Shown in pieces: positions 1-10,888 of a stretch of 64,000 nucleotides of DNA (the first letter of the stretch is position 1; each line of letters starts with the position of its first letter). A program made the translations under genes and the position numbers. A model generated the notes under the pieces. That model had not been told where the DNA came from. It was given only the letters and a program-made list of their open reading frames with translations, and searched no databases. Source of the DNA: Phaeosaccion multiseriatum (taxonomy: Eukaryota > Protista > Ochrophyta, other classes); NCBI GenBank assembly GCA_965112735.1, contig OZ218950.1:2232001-2296000 (forward strand), given 5' to 3'.

Positions 1-872
1 TCCAGGGACGCGCCACGGTGAATGAGATCCTTCGCACACGACAAATGTCCAAAGCAGCAAGCCCAAAAAAGCGGCGTCCTCATATCATCGCGTCTGGAAT
101 CAAGCTGCAAACCTTCCTCTAGCAACAAGGGGATGCACTGCTCATTGCCATACTTTGCGGTGAGGTGTAGGAGGCTACTGCCAGTGTCCGTCTTGACGTT
201 CACATCGGCGCCGCTCTTGAGCAGCAAAGGCAGGCTGTCCCTCCTCCCTCTCGCATCCCCATTCTCCCCCATGCATAAGACCTGGGCTGCCGTGCGATCT
301 TCGCTGTTCTTCTCATTTGGGTCGGCCCTCGCCTTGAGCAGCAGCTTCACACACTCAGAGCTCCCGCAAGAGGCTGCGTCATGCAAGGCATATCTGCCTG
401 CCACTGCCGCCCCGTGCCGCAGCAAGTACCACACGATGAGGGTGTGACCTCCATGAGCAGCACAAGCGAGAGAAGACCATGCATACTTGTCTTCCCCGTT
501 GACATCTACACCCGCCTCCACCAGCCCCTTGACCAGGCCAAAGTTCCCCTCCCAAGCAGAGTCGTGCAGAGCATTTCCACTTTCAGAGACGTCCAAGCCG
601 CACTTACGCAGCAGCCTGAAGCTATCCAGCATATTCAGGCCCCTCTCCTCCGAGCACCGTGCCTTCTTGCTCTTCTTGTCCATGTCGAGCAGGGCATCCA
701 GGGGAGTGTAGCCCTTCTTCTTTGGGGTGTTGAGATCAACTGCAACCAAGACAACCTTGAGCAGGAGGAGGAGATGCTCTGTGCTGCTGCCCCAGCCTGC
801 CGCCTCCCTCTCCTTGGCGCCCTCATACCACTCGTCAACATGAGCCGCAGTCTCTTCCCAATGTGGAGGCAT
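1..872 (-). CDS. Ankyrin-repeat protein, paralogue of 4624..6702 (5' part only; runs off the window start)
   Basis: Open minus-strand frame from ATG at 872 (MPPHWEETAAHVDEW...). Colinear without indels with 5831..6702 (offset 5830). Ankyrin motifs ALHDSAWEG, LLHLTAKYG, TPLFWACCFG. Confidence 0.85.
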   Translation of the reverse strand, partial: MPPHWEETAAHVDEWYEGAKEREAAGWGSSTEHLLLLLKVVLVAVDLNTPKKKGYTPLDALLDMDKKSKKARCSEERGLNMLDSFRLLRKCGLDVSESGNALHDSAWEGNFGLVKGLVEAGVDVNGEDKYAWSSLACAAHGGHTLIVWYLLRHGAAVAGRYALHDAASCGSSECVKLLLKARADPNEKNSEDRTAAQVLCMGENGDARGRRDSLPLLLKSGADVNVKTDTGSSLLHLTAKYGNEQCIPLLLEEGLQLDSRRDDMRTPLFWACCFGHLSCAKDLIHRGASL

Positions 873-1197
873 CCTGGTTGAAGGAGGGTTGTGTTGAGCA
901 ATTCAAACGCCGCCTTGAGCAAAGGAAAGCCGTTGAGACTCAAAGCAAGAACGAAAGACGGAGAAAGAGGTCAGCGAGAGAGTGTGTGTGTTTGGGGGGG
1001 GGGGGGGGGTGCAGAGGGATAGAGAGAGAGGGTGTGGGGGGGGTGTAGAGGAGAGAGAGGAGGGAGTGAGTCGACCGCCGAGCGAGAGTGAGGTTTCCGG
1101 GCTCCCGATCACAGTTGGCTATGCCGAAGCACCAGCTTCTTCATGGCACTTGGGATCGATCGGGCTCGATCTTTTTTTCCCTATCCATACGAGTCGT

Positions 1198-3788
1198 ATG
1201 GGGCTGGCAAATGGCGCCGTGTCCTTTTTCATGCTCTGCCTATGGTGCCACCTCTCCACTTGGGTTGCGTGCTTCGCATCACCCACGTCCTCGGTATCAC
1301 AGGCAACGGCGCCACCGGCACCACTTCGGCGGCCGAATGGCGGTCCGAATAGCGCCATTAATTCTCCTGGCGCAAAGCTGTTGCAGTGGTGCGAGGCGCA
1401 AGAGGGTGTGCAGACGAGTAAGCTGATGTGCGAGGACCACGAAGGGGAGGGTGTGGGTTTAGTGGCTGCCACGGCCTTGGCACAGCACGAATGCTTCCTC
1501 TCCTTCCCGCTTCGGATGTGCATCGCACCATCTGCATGGGAGGAAACGCAGCTCGGAAGGAGGCTGAAACTTGAAGGTTTGCTTTCGATGGAGGCGATTG
1601 AGAGAGGGAGTGAGGATGATCCGTGGTCCCTTTACCCTCTCTTTGGCAGAGGGGAGAGACAGCTATGCCTGTGGATGCTCTTGGCATCAAGGGAAGAAAG
1701 GGCAGAAGGAGCTCAAGGTGAGAGACACTTGCAAGATGGCACAACCGTTTCTTTTGCGTGTCACTCTGGGGGGGCGAACGGTCGATCAGGTCGTGTTTCA
1801 GATCTTCCTGCCGAGTCAACGTGGCTCCCTCCTTTCGGTTGGTGAATCTGTGTCTTCCCTCCATTGATGAACCTCCTCCTCCCTGTCTGACTCGTCTTCA
1901 AGCGCTGGACTTTCTGCAGCTGGGCGTTATGCAGGGTTCAAGGGCCGGGCTTGTTGACCGTGAATGCATCAATGAAGACCGAGAGGAGGAGGAGGAGGAG
2001 GAGGAAGAGGAAGAGGGGAGTGGGCGCACCACCAGTGACGGCCCCTTGTACCTGTGGGACCGAGGTGAAGTGGAGCGTCTTCTGTGGTCTTCTCCCGCCC
2101 TCCTCCTGCTGGCGAGGGACGCGTCAAGGGCGGTGGATGGGGCATACGACACCCTGGACGGGCTGTTGACACGCTCGGACGTATGGCGCAGCTATCTCCG
2201 ACAAGACAGAGAAAGGGTAGGAGGAGGCAATAATAGAGACAGAGCTTCGATCGGCAGAAGCGAGTTCCGGCGGTGCTGGGCCACAGTGGGCAGCCGTCTT
2301 TTCGCCATCACCGGTGCGCCGGCCTCCAGCACCGCAGCCGCCTGGCCAGGCTACGTCGTGCCGGTGGTGGACCTCATGAACCACCGCCCCGCCGTGAAGG
2401 CGACTGTGACACCTTCTGCTGAGGCATCCGAAGGCGGTAGAGCTGCGGGGCACTCGGCGGGGGCGTCTCTCCAGTTCTTCAATACGGAGACGAACAGCCT
2501 CGACTATCACACGTGTGAAGCCGTGGAGAAAGGGGAAAAGCTCTGTGAGTGGGAGCTGCGTGAACGGTGGACTTGACTCCTGTGCTCTCTACCTTGCGTG
2601 TGATTTGAAGATCTTTGAGTGCAATGATTTTGCACCGACGAGGAGCCGTGTCTGGTTGTTGCTCCCTTCGCCTCCCTCATCCTGCTGCTACTGCTCTGCT
2701 GCTGCTACTGCTTCTGCTGCGTATTTCTCGTGTCCCTCCCTCCGTACTACGGATGTGACGATGGTTCTTTGTGCCACTCTGCGCTTGATCTCCGCCCATT
2801 GCCTACCCACTGTATTGATCTCGCATCAGGCTGGACGTACGGAGACCTGTCGAACAGCGATCTGCTCCTGCACTACGGCTTCACTCTACCTCAACCCGAC
2901 ACTCCGAAGCAAGCAGGAGGAGTCGGGGGAGGTGGGCACGTCGGAGGGAGCGTTGTGGACGGCATCGACCTTCTCGTAGGCGATTCGCTGATGACCGACG
3001 TCGTTCGACTTTTCAGGAGAGACGGCGAATGCATGGCACTTTCCGCATGGGAGCAGCAACATACGCGTGGGAATCGAGGCGGTGAGGGCCTCCATGAAGC
3101 TTCGAGAGCACCCCTCCCACCAACGCAGTCAGAGGATAACACGCAGCCCCCGTCAATGCTCAAGAGCGTGAGAGTGTCATGCGCGGACACAGCCCTGCCG
3201 CTGGCACTGACAGAGGCCCTTTGTGCCCTTCTGTTTGACAGCGAAGGACGAGGTGGGGCCCCTGGGGGTGCTGTGGGCGGCGGAGAGCAGGAGTGGGGTG
3301 GCGACGGAGTGTCGCTGCAGTCGACAGGGGCGGAGCATCGGGCTGGGGGGGGCGCCGCTGGGGAACGCTCCGAGCTGCGAACGTTGGTGGCGTGCCTACA
3401 GCGGTGGCTGGACGTTCTCCTGGAGAGGAATGTCTGCAATTGCGAGTCCCTACGAGAGGGTATTCTGTTGGGAACGGAAGGTCCATCACGGACGATCCCT
3501 ACCTCTCACCAGGTCAACAGCAGCCGCAGTAGCAGCAATGTGGAGGAGGATGGAGCATGCTGCGAAAGTGCTGCCAGAGGTTCTCTTGGCAGTGGGCTGA
3601 GTGGTCGGTCAGCCGTCGCAGTGGAGCTTCGAGTCCGTCGGGGCAGGAGGGGGGTGGCGGGGCCGAGTAGTAGTAGGAGAAGGAGGAGGGAGAGAGAGGA
3701 GACGGCGCTGCGTGCTTTGGAGAGCGAGGGGCGCGCTCTGCGGCATGCCAAGCACCTCTCCTCTCTCCTGCTGCCGCACCCACCGTGA
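1198..3788 (+). CDS. SET-domain protein lysine methyltransferase, Rubisco LSMT-like, probably plastid-targeted (exons about 1198-1717, 1802-1837, 1903-2544, 2830-3788)
   Basis: Motifs GEGVGLVAATAL, VVPVVDLMNH and CWTYGDLSNSDLLLHYGF, joined by in-phase GT-AG introns. N-terminal hydrophobic signal ending ...VAC-FAS. Confidence 0.8.
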
Positions 3789-3865
3789 GAGCTTGAAAGA
3801 GAGCCCATAGCCGCAAAGAAGGTCCCTAAGTGTGCCCCTCACCCGTTCTGAGAGCGATAGAGGGA

Positions 3866-3898
<33 letters not shown>

Positions 3899-4426
3899 GT
3901 AGCGGAGGATGCGGAAGAGTTCCCTCTGCATGCACCTTCTTGCTCTGACGCGCGGTGCCGCTACTTGAGGACCGCCCTGGCCCGCACGAGTAAGAACACA
4001 GCCCACGGCTCTCTCTCAGCGCATGCTACACCTGCCTGGGCAGGGTCGAGCTGCCTTCCTTGACTCCTCTACTCCTCCAAGCCCTGGCAGGGAAGGCCAA
4101 GGAGAGAACAAGCATGCCGTTTTGGTGTGGGGCCGTGGGGGGAGGGGTCGCGAAGCTGCCCGAAGTGCGCATCCACAGGGATCGACAAGAGGCAGTTGGG
4201 GCAAGGGGAGGAAGATGCGAAGCAGTTTGAATGTATCATGCCCTCCCTGCAGTGGCACCAGTCAGGCAAGCAAGGAGGAGAGGGGGCGAGGGAGGCAGGC
4301 CTGAGGGGCGGCAGACAACGAGCGGCAGGAGCTTGGGACTCCGGTGCGAGGTAGGAGCGTGGAGCATGTGTCGCTCTTACCGGGGCAGTGTGTGTTGAAA
4401 GGACGCTTGCCGCCTTTATCTCCACC

Positions 4427-4457
<31 letters not shown>

Positions 4458-4623
4458 AACGTCAGCGATATCCGAGCGATTCGACCAAGAGGACTCCCGA
4501 GCAGAGAGTTTGCTCGCCCCTTAAGACTGCACATATATTGAAATACTCCCCCCTCCACGATACACCTTCAAGCACCCTACCCTCCCAATGAATTTTAATT
4601 TTAGATCTCCTCAACGTAAGCGA

Positions 4624-6702
4624 TCACACACCAGTCCTCGCTCTCTTTCGCGAGGGCAGTCCTTCGCGATCAGCCCCTTCTCCTCCTTCTCCCCCTCTGT
4701 CCGTCTCTTCCTGCAGCTCAAAGCCGTACTCGCTCATCAGAGCCTTCACCTCCCTCGACATGGTCTCCAGACAGAAGAAGTCCGCTGCCTGCAGGGCCTG
4801 CTTCGCTCTGACCTCGTCAAACAGCTTCGTGCGCTCCTTCCTCTTCCCACCCCTGCTACTGCTACTGCTGCTGCCTCCTGCGTCATCGCCACCCATCTCC
4901 TGCCTTCCTCCACTACTGCTGCTGCCTTGGCCTCTCCTCCTCTTCCCTGCTGATCCCGGCCTTGTCGTCAGCAGCTCCTCCACGCTGCCCGTGGTGACGA
5001 ACTTGACCACAGCTCCAAAGCCCTCCTCGGTAAAGCCCACACCATCATACTTCAGCTCCACCTCCTTCCTCTTGCCCTTACTTTTGCCCTTTCCCTTCCC
5101 ACTGCCCATGAAGCCGCGCTTAGAAGGGTCCAGTAAAGTGGAGAGAATGCCCGCTGGCGAGGAGCGGTCGCTGGTGCTCGGAGAACGTTCTCCTCCTCCT
5201 TCCCTGACCTTCTTCATGAGCTGCTCCACCAGAGGGATGCTCAAAGCGTACAGCTTCTCTCCCTTCGCACCGCTCACTTTGTCCACCAGTCGCACATACA
5301 CCACATCTTGAGAAATGTCGTTCTTGTTAGTGCTGCCACCTAGCACGGAATAGTGCTCCGCTACGGTGTCTAGCTTGTCAGCGATATCCTCCACCTTCTC
5401 CCTCCCCTTGTTGAACATTGAGGCAATGACCCCACTGAAGCCGCTCTGTGAAGCCAAATCGAACACCTTCTCGTCGACAGCAGCCCCCATCTTGAGGAGA
5501 AACGTGGCCACCTCCTCGCGGTCCTCCTTGCTTCCTGCTTCAGTTTCGAAATTCTCCAGCGTCTCTGACATGTCTTCTTCATCAGGATGCATGCAGGCCA
5601 TCAAAGGGCTTTGCTCGGTGTCCGTGAGAGCATCGATCTCAGCCCCTGCCTCCACCAGCAGATAGACATCCTCGCTGCTGCCCAAAGCGGCGGCCATATG
5701 CAGGGGTGTCACTGCAGTTATGTCCTTCACCTTGACACACGCACCAGCCCGTATGAGCTCGGCAACGATCTTCGCGTGACCCCTGGATACCGCACCGAAG
5801 AGGGGTGTGCTACCATTGTGATCAACCAAGTCCAGGGACGCGCCACGGTGAATGAGATCCTTCGCACACGACAGCTGTCCATAGTAGCAAGCAATATGAA
5901 GCGGTGTGCTCATATCATCTTGTCTGGAATCAAGCTGCAAACCTTTCTCCAGCAACAAGGGGATGCACTGCTCGTTGCCACGCTCCGCGATGAGGTGCAG
6001 GAGGCTTCCGCCAATGTCCGTCTTGACGTTCACATCGGCGCCGCTCTTGAGCAGCAAACGCAGGCTGTCCCTCCCCCCTCTCGCATCCCCATTCTCCCCC
6101 ATGCATAAGACCTGGGCTGCCGTGTGATCGTGCCGGTTCTTCTCATTTGGGTCGGCCCTCGCCTTGAGCAGCAGCTTGACACACTCGGACCTCCCTTTCG
6201 CAGCTGCCTGATGCAGAGCCTCGCTGGCCGCCGCTACCGCTCCATGCCGTAGCAAGTGCCACACGATGAGGGTGTGACCTCCATCAGCAGCACAAGCGAG
6301 AGGAGACCATCCATCCTTGTTTTTCCTGTTGACATCTACACCCGCGTCCACCAGCCCCTTGACCAGGCCAAAGTTCCCCTCCAAAGCAGCTTCGTGCAAA
6401 GCACTTCCACTTTTAGAGACGTCCAAGCCGCACTTCCGCAGCAGCCTGACGCTATCCAGCATGTTCATGCCCCTCTCCTCCGAGCACCGTGACTTATCGC
6501 TCTTCATGTCCATGCCGACCAGGGCATGGAGGGGAGTGTAGCCCTTCTTCTTTACGGTGTTGAGATCAACTGCAACCAAGACAACCTTGAGCAGGAGGAG
6601 GAGATGCTCTGTGCTGCTGCCCCAGCCTGCCACCTCCCTCTCCTTGGCGCCCTCATACCACTCGTCCACATGAGCCGCAGTCTCTTCCCAACGTGGAGGC
6701 AT
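4624..6702 (-). CDS. Ankyrin-repeat protein with C-terminal BTB/POZ-like domain (692 aa, intronless)
   Basis: About 10 ankyrin repeats (ALHEAALEG, TPLHIACYYG, TPLFGAVSRG, TPLHMAAALG). C-terminal segment EVELKYDGVGFTEEGFGAVVKFVTTG...ALQAADFFCLETM resembles a BTB fold. Confidence 0.85.
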   Translation of the reverse strand: MPPRWEETAAHVDEWYEGAKEREVAGWGSSTEHLLLLLKVVLVAVDLNTVKKKGYTPLHALVGMDMKSDKSRCSEERGMNMLDSVRLLRKCGLDVSKSGSALHEAALEGNFGLVKGLVDAGVDVNRKNKDGWSPLACAADGGHTLIVWHLLRHGAVAAASEALHQAAAKGRSECVKLLLKARADPNEKNRHDHTAAQVLCMGENGDARGGRDSLRLLLKSGADVNVKTDIGGSLLHLIAERGNEQCIPLLLEKGLQLDSRQDDMSTPLHIACYYGQLSCAKDLIHRGASLDLVDHNGSTPLFGAVSRGHAKIVAELIRAGACVKVKDITAVTPLHMAAALGSSEDVYLLVEAGAEIDALTDTEQSPLMACMHPDEEDMSETLENFETEAGSKEDREEVATFLLKMGAAVDEKVFDLASQSGFSGVIASMFNKGREKVEDIADKLDTVAEHYSVLGGSTNKNDISQDVVYVRLVDKVSGAKGEKLYALSIPLVEQLMKKVREGGGERSPSTSDRSSPAGILSTLLDPSKRGFMGSGKGKGKSKGKRKEVELKYDGVGFTEEGFGAVVKFVTTGSVEELLTTRPGSAGKRRRGQGSSSSGGRQEMGGDDAGGSSSSSSRGGKRKERTKLFDEVRAKQALQAADFFCLETMSREVKALMSEYGFELQEETDRGGEGGEGADREGLPSRKRARTGV

Positions 6703-7264
6703 CCTGGTTGAAGGAGGATTGCGTCGAGCAATTCAAACGTCGCCTTGAGCAAAGGAGAGCAGTGAAGACTCAAAGCGAGAAAGAAAGACGGAGAGAGAGG
6801 GGGGGGGTGAGAGAGAGGATTGGTTATATAGTAAAGTAACGGTCAGAGAGGATTGGGAGCTAAAAAAAAAGGCTGATGGCAACGAAGCACCAACGGGCCT
6901 GTTTCCCCTCGGGACAGCCACTTTCCTTCTTTCAGTTCCCCGCGCCCCCCTCTTTCTTTTTCTCCTCTAAGCACGATAGCTCACCAACGTAAGGAACCTC
7001 AGTTCTCCGCGACATTCGGAAAGGGTGTCTCGGACATGTCTAGACTTTTCTTTCTATGGTTTCTGGTCTTCACGTGTGCTTGACCTGGGCGGGCAACCTT
7101 CCTTCCCCCCCCCTTTTTTTCCTTCTGCGGACAGTGCCTATTGTCCCTAAAGTGGCGGTCCTAGGTAGATGGCCTGAAGTGACCCAAAGTAACGTAGCCC
7201 TCCTATTGTTGCTGCTGGCCCTTTCCACCTCCCACAGGTCTGTGTACACCACTTCAAGAGCATC

Positions 7265-7800
7265 ATGGACGGGGAGGACTTGAGGGGGACATTCACTACT
7301 AAGCTGCAGGCCTGGCTTGACCTTAGTGTGCGCAGGAGGGCCCGACTCGTGTCGGTCCTGTCTGCTCGATGCCCCCGCACCTTGAAAAACCGACACACTG
7401 GGCACAGCTTTGCGCTCCTGTCGCTGCTCATCCTTGTCATCAACGTCTTTCGGGGAACCCATCAGCTCAACCTCTTTTCATTGTGAGTGTCCAATTCATT
7501 CCGTCTCTCCCACCTCGGGTCTTTGGCCTGGAATAAATATGTGTGTTGTACCCTGAGACGCCATCGCGCCCTCTCCATCTTGCTCTCTCTGTCTCTGTCA
7601 GCCTTTTTCTCTGTCTTATGAATACAGTCCTCAATGTGTATCGACGTTTCGACGTTGAGAGAGGTCTCTGGGCTGTGGACATGAAGCCCTGGCCTTGCTT
7701 GTTACGACGCCCCCGCCCTGTACAAACCTCTGCCGCCGCCCTCCTCTTTTCCTCCAGGAGCACCAGCAGCAGCCTGTTGTTCGCTCTGGCTCATCTTTAC

Positions 7801-7862
<62 letters not shown>

Positions 7863-8290
7863 GTTTGTGTGTGTTCCTCCCCCCTCTCCTGTCAGCCACG
7901 CGCTCTTCATGTCCATGGCCTTCCTTGTGTTCATCCCAGAGGGGGTGATAGCGTACAGGAACCACTTCCTCCTAGAGGCACTCGGCCCTATCATGAGCCA
8001 CGGAGAGAAGACCAAGAACAGAACCATTCACGCCACACTGCAGGTGGGAGGGGGGGGGTTCTGTCAGTCACATAGTCACATGCGATACACCATAATGGTG
8101 TACCCCCCCTTCCCGCTGCACGCCTCACCCCTCCCTCCCATCCTGTAATGTCTGCATAGCAGAACACAGCTCAGTGCCCTCGCTCTCCACCCCGCGTCCT
8201 CCCCCTCACGTTCATCCCCTTCTCTTGGTCCGTCCGTCTCTCTCCACGCCCCCTCCCTCCCTCGCTCCCTCCCCCCATCCATCCCTCCAT

Positions 8291-8339
<49 letters not shown>

Positions 8340-8523
8340 CCACCAGATATTTGGAGCGTCCTTTGCAGGCCTGGGGCTGCTCTTCATCTTCGCCAACAAG
8401 CTCAAGCATCACTTCAATGTCCTCCCCCGCTCCCTTCACGCCATCATGGGCACCTTACTGGCCTGTCTCTTGGGCACCCAGGTAACACAAATAGATATAA
8501 ATAGATGCATCGATACATGCCTG

Positions 8524-8557
<34 letters not shown>

Positions 8558-9849
8558 CGAAGGATGGGATAAGAGGGCGGGCGTGGTGTAGCGTAGCGCA
8601 GTCAGGCACACCTACTCCCTCCTACATGGGACGCGTTTCTCCTTTCTCACTCTTGAGGAGTTACTTCTATTTTCATTGAAATGTGTCTGTGAGGCTGAAC
8701 TAACCCCCACACCTACGTGTCGTTGAAGGTCCATCTGTGCGCCTTACGCTTTGTCCACACTGCCCCTCTCTCACCTCTGCCCAATACCCCGCACAATCGT
8801 ATACACACGTCCACCAACATACTCCCCCCCCCCTCTGCTTTGCTCTGCTTTGCCCTGCTTTGCCCTGCTTTGCCTTGCTTTGCCCTGATATGTTTTGTTG
8901 TTGAGGGAAGATTGTCATCGGCTTGCTCAAGTACCAAGCACTGACGACGGGTGTGGTGGTGGGTCGTAACCAGACCAACATCAGGTACAGGTGGCACGGC
9001 AAAGTCGGCCTCTTGATCTACGACATGGGCATGGTGAGTGAGTGGGACAGAGAGACACAGAGAGAGAGAGAGAGAGAGAAGGAGAGAAGAGAGGAGGGAG
9101 GGGCGGGGGAGGAGAATGTGTGAGGAAGGGTCGGGAAAGCCTCCAGAGGAATGGAATGGGAAACCAAGCCTCTGTTGGGATGGGCGAGCCGGAGAGAACG
9201 GAGTGACCATCTGAGAGGCGCTCACTGCCTCCACCCTGTATCTCCGTGCTCCTTCCTAGGGCTATGATACCTGCTGCTGTTGGCTCTCTGCTCACCTGTG
9301 ACTGCGTAGCACCTGTGCCATCCCCCACCCCCCCATCCTCCCCCAAGTTGGAGACCCTCGCTTGGTTTCCTTCCTCCTCCCTCCATGGCACGCAACGGTC
9401 GCTCCCGTACTGCCCCCCTCCTCCATCTCATTCTGCTTGTTGCTGCCCCCCCCCCTCCTCCTTCCCTTTCTCCCACCTCTTCCCTCCCCCTCCTTCCACC
9501 CCCCCCCCCCCTCCTCCTCCTCCTCCGCCTCCTCCTCGTCCTCAAGGTGACACTCCTCTTAGGCATACAGGAGTTCTTCGGATTTTGCCTTAGCCTGCTG
9601 CTCTGCACCGTGCTCATTAGCTTTCTATGGCTCAACATTCACATCCAAATGCTCGACAGTGCCCCGGGATTGGGGTCAGGTGGAGTGGGGGATGGAATGG
9701 AACTATCTTCTTCGGTCACAGGGAAGCTCTCTCCCAAGAACTCCGATCCTTCCATGGGCGGGGGGGGCAGCAGCGGGGGGGACGGGGATGCACAGGTTCC
9801 CCTGATTATTAGCGTGTCCGGCCCGGAAGACGACCACCGCCAGCTATAG
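7265..9849 (+). CDS. Cytochrome b561 family transmembrane protein (exons about 7265-7482, 7896-8043, 8347-8481, 8911-9033, 9547-9849)
   Basis: Spliced product gives FSFHALFM, RTIHATLQ, RSLHAIMG and YRWHGKVG, i.e. the four heme-ligating His on consecutive TM helices. Confidence 0.85.
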
Positions 9850-10888
9850 CGTTTGGAGATTTGTCGTTTCGTTGTTTCGGCCATCATCTCAGCATGTTGG
9901 TTATCCAAGCGATATGCGCTTGGTCAAAAGGTTGCGTCGCCTGTGGCGGCGTGTGTGGGGTGGTGGGAGTGCGTTCATTCACCACCACACGGAGCCAATC
10001 ACCGAGGTGGTCGTTTTGGTGGAAGGCGTTCTTCCCATTTCAAGTGTCTACGAGAGAGGAAGGGGAGGAGGGTCGATGGCTTGGGTGCGCGTGGAGATGG
10101 ATGGCGGTGAGGGCCCTGTCAGCTTGGAACGATACTGCTAGGCCTGTTGGTGATTCAGAGCGGCGCGGCGCCTCGCTGGCCTGCTTCCGGGAGTGTTTTT
10201 GTCACGCGATGAAAGTCGCTCCCCACCCTGGGACTGACGTGCAAAGGGCAGCAGCGGGGTCGCTCTGGGCACGCCATGATGTAAACATGTTGGGGCTCCA
10301 CGAGTCGCCATTTGTGTGTCTCCCACCGCGACTTCGGAAGGGCGACTCTCCCACCCCTTCGGATGAAAGGGTACTTACAAGAGACGACTCGTCTTTGGAG
10401 TGCCCTTGGAGCCGGGTAGGGTGGAGGCGAGGAGGATAGCATGTCGGACTAAGACGCAAGCAGGTATGCCTTCTGCCTCTGCTGTCAACGGTCGGTTATA
10501 GTGTGGAGCGACAACCTCCCACTCGAGCGCCGTCCGAGCCTCTCAGCAGCCTGTTGCGGCTGGTGCTGATGGTGCTGGTGCCATGTCGATGCAGCCCGTG
10601 GGGCTGGTTCGGCGAGAAGGCCTGCTCGCGAGCAAATTGGCGAGTACGTAATAAATACGGATTTCAAGTTGATGTCCTCCACGATCCTCTTTCGCCAATA
10701 TTCAATTCGCGACATTCGATACGGGTGTGGAGAGGACATGCATCTCAAGAGGACGAAAGAGGAACACTCTCAATAGCCTCGGTACTCTCCCTTCCCCCTC
10801 TTACTTCTTGTGTGTGCGCTTGGCGGTTTTATAAAAGGACGCGTCGGTTGGTGAGACTTGGGAACAAAGTAACGCGGGGGTTGGAAGG

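Noticed and set aside
22-881. Plus-strand ORFs over the ankyrin genes (also 4760-6711)
   Set aside because: Antisense shadows of the minus-strand ankyrin coding sequence.
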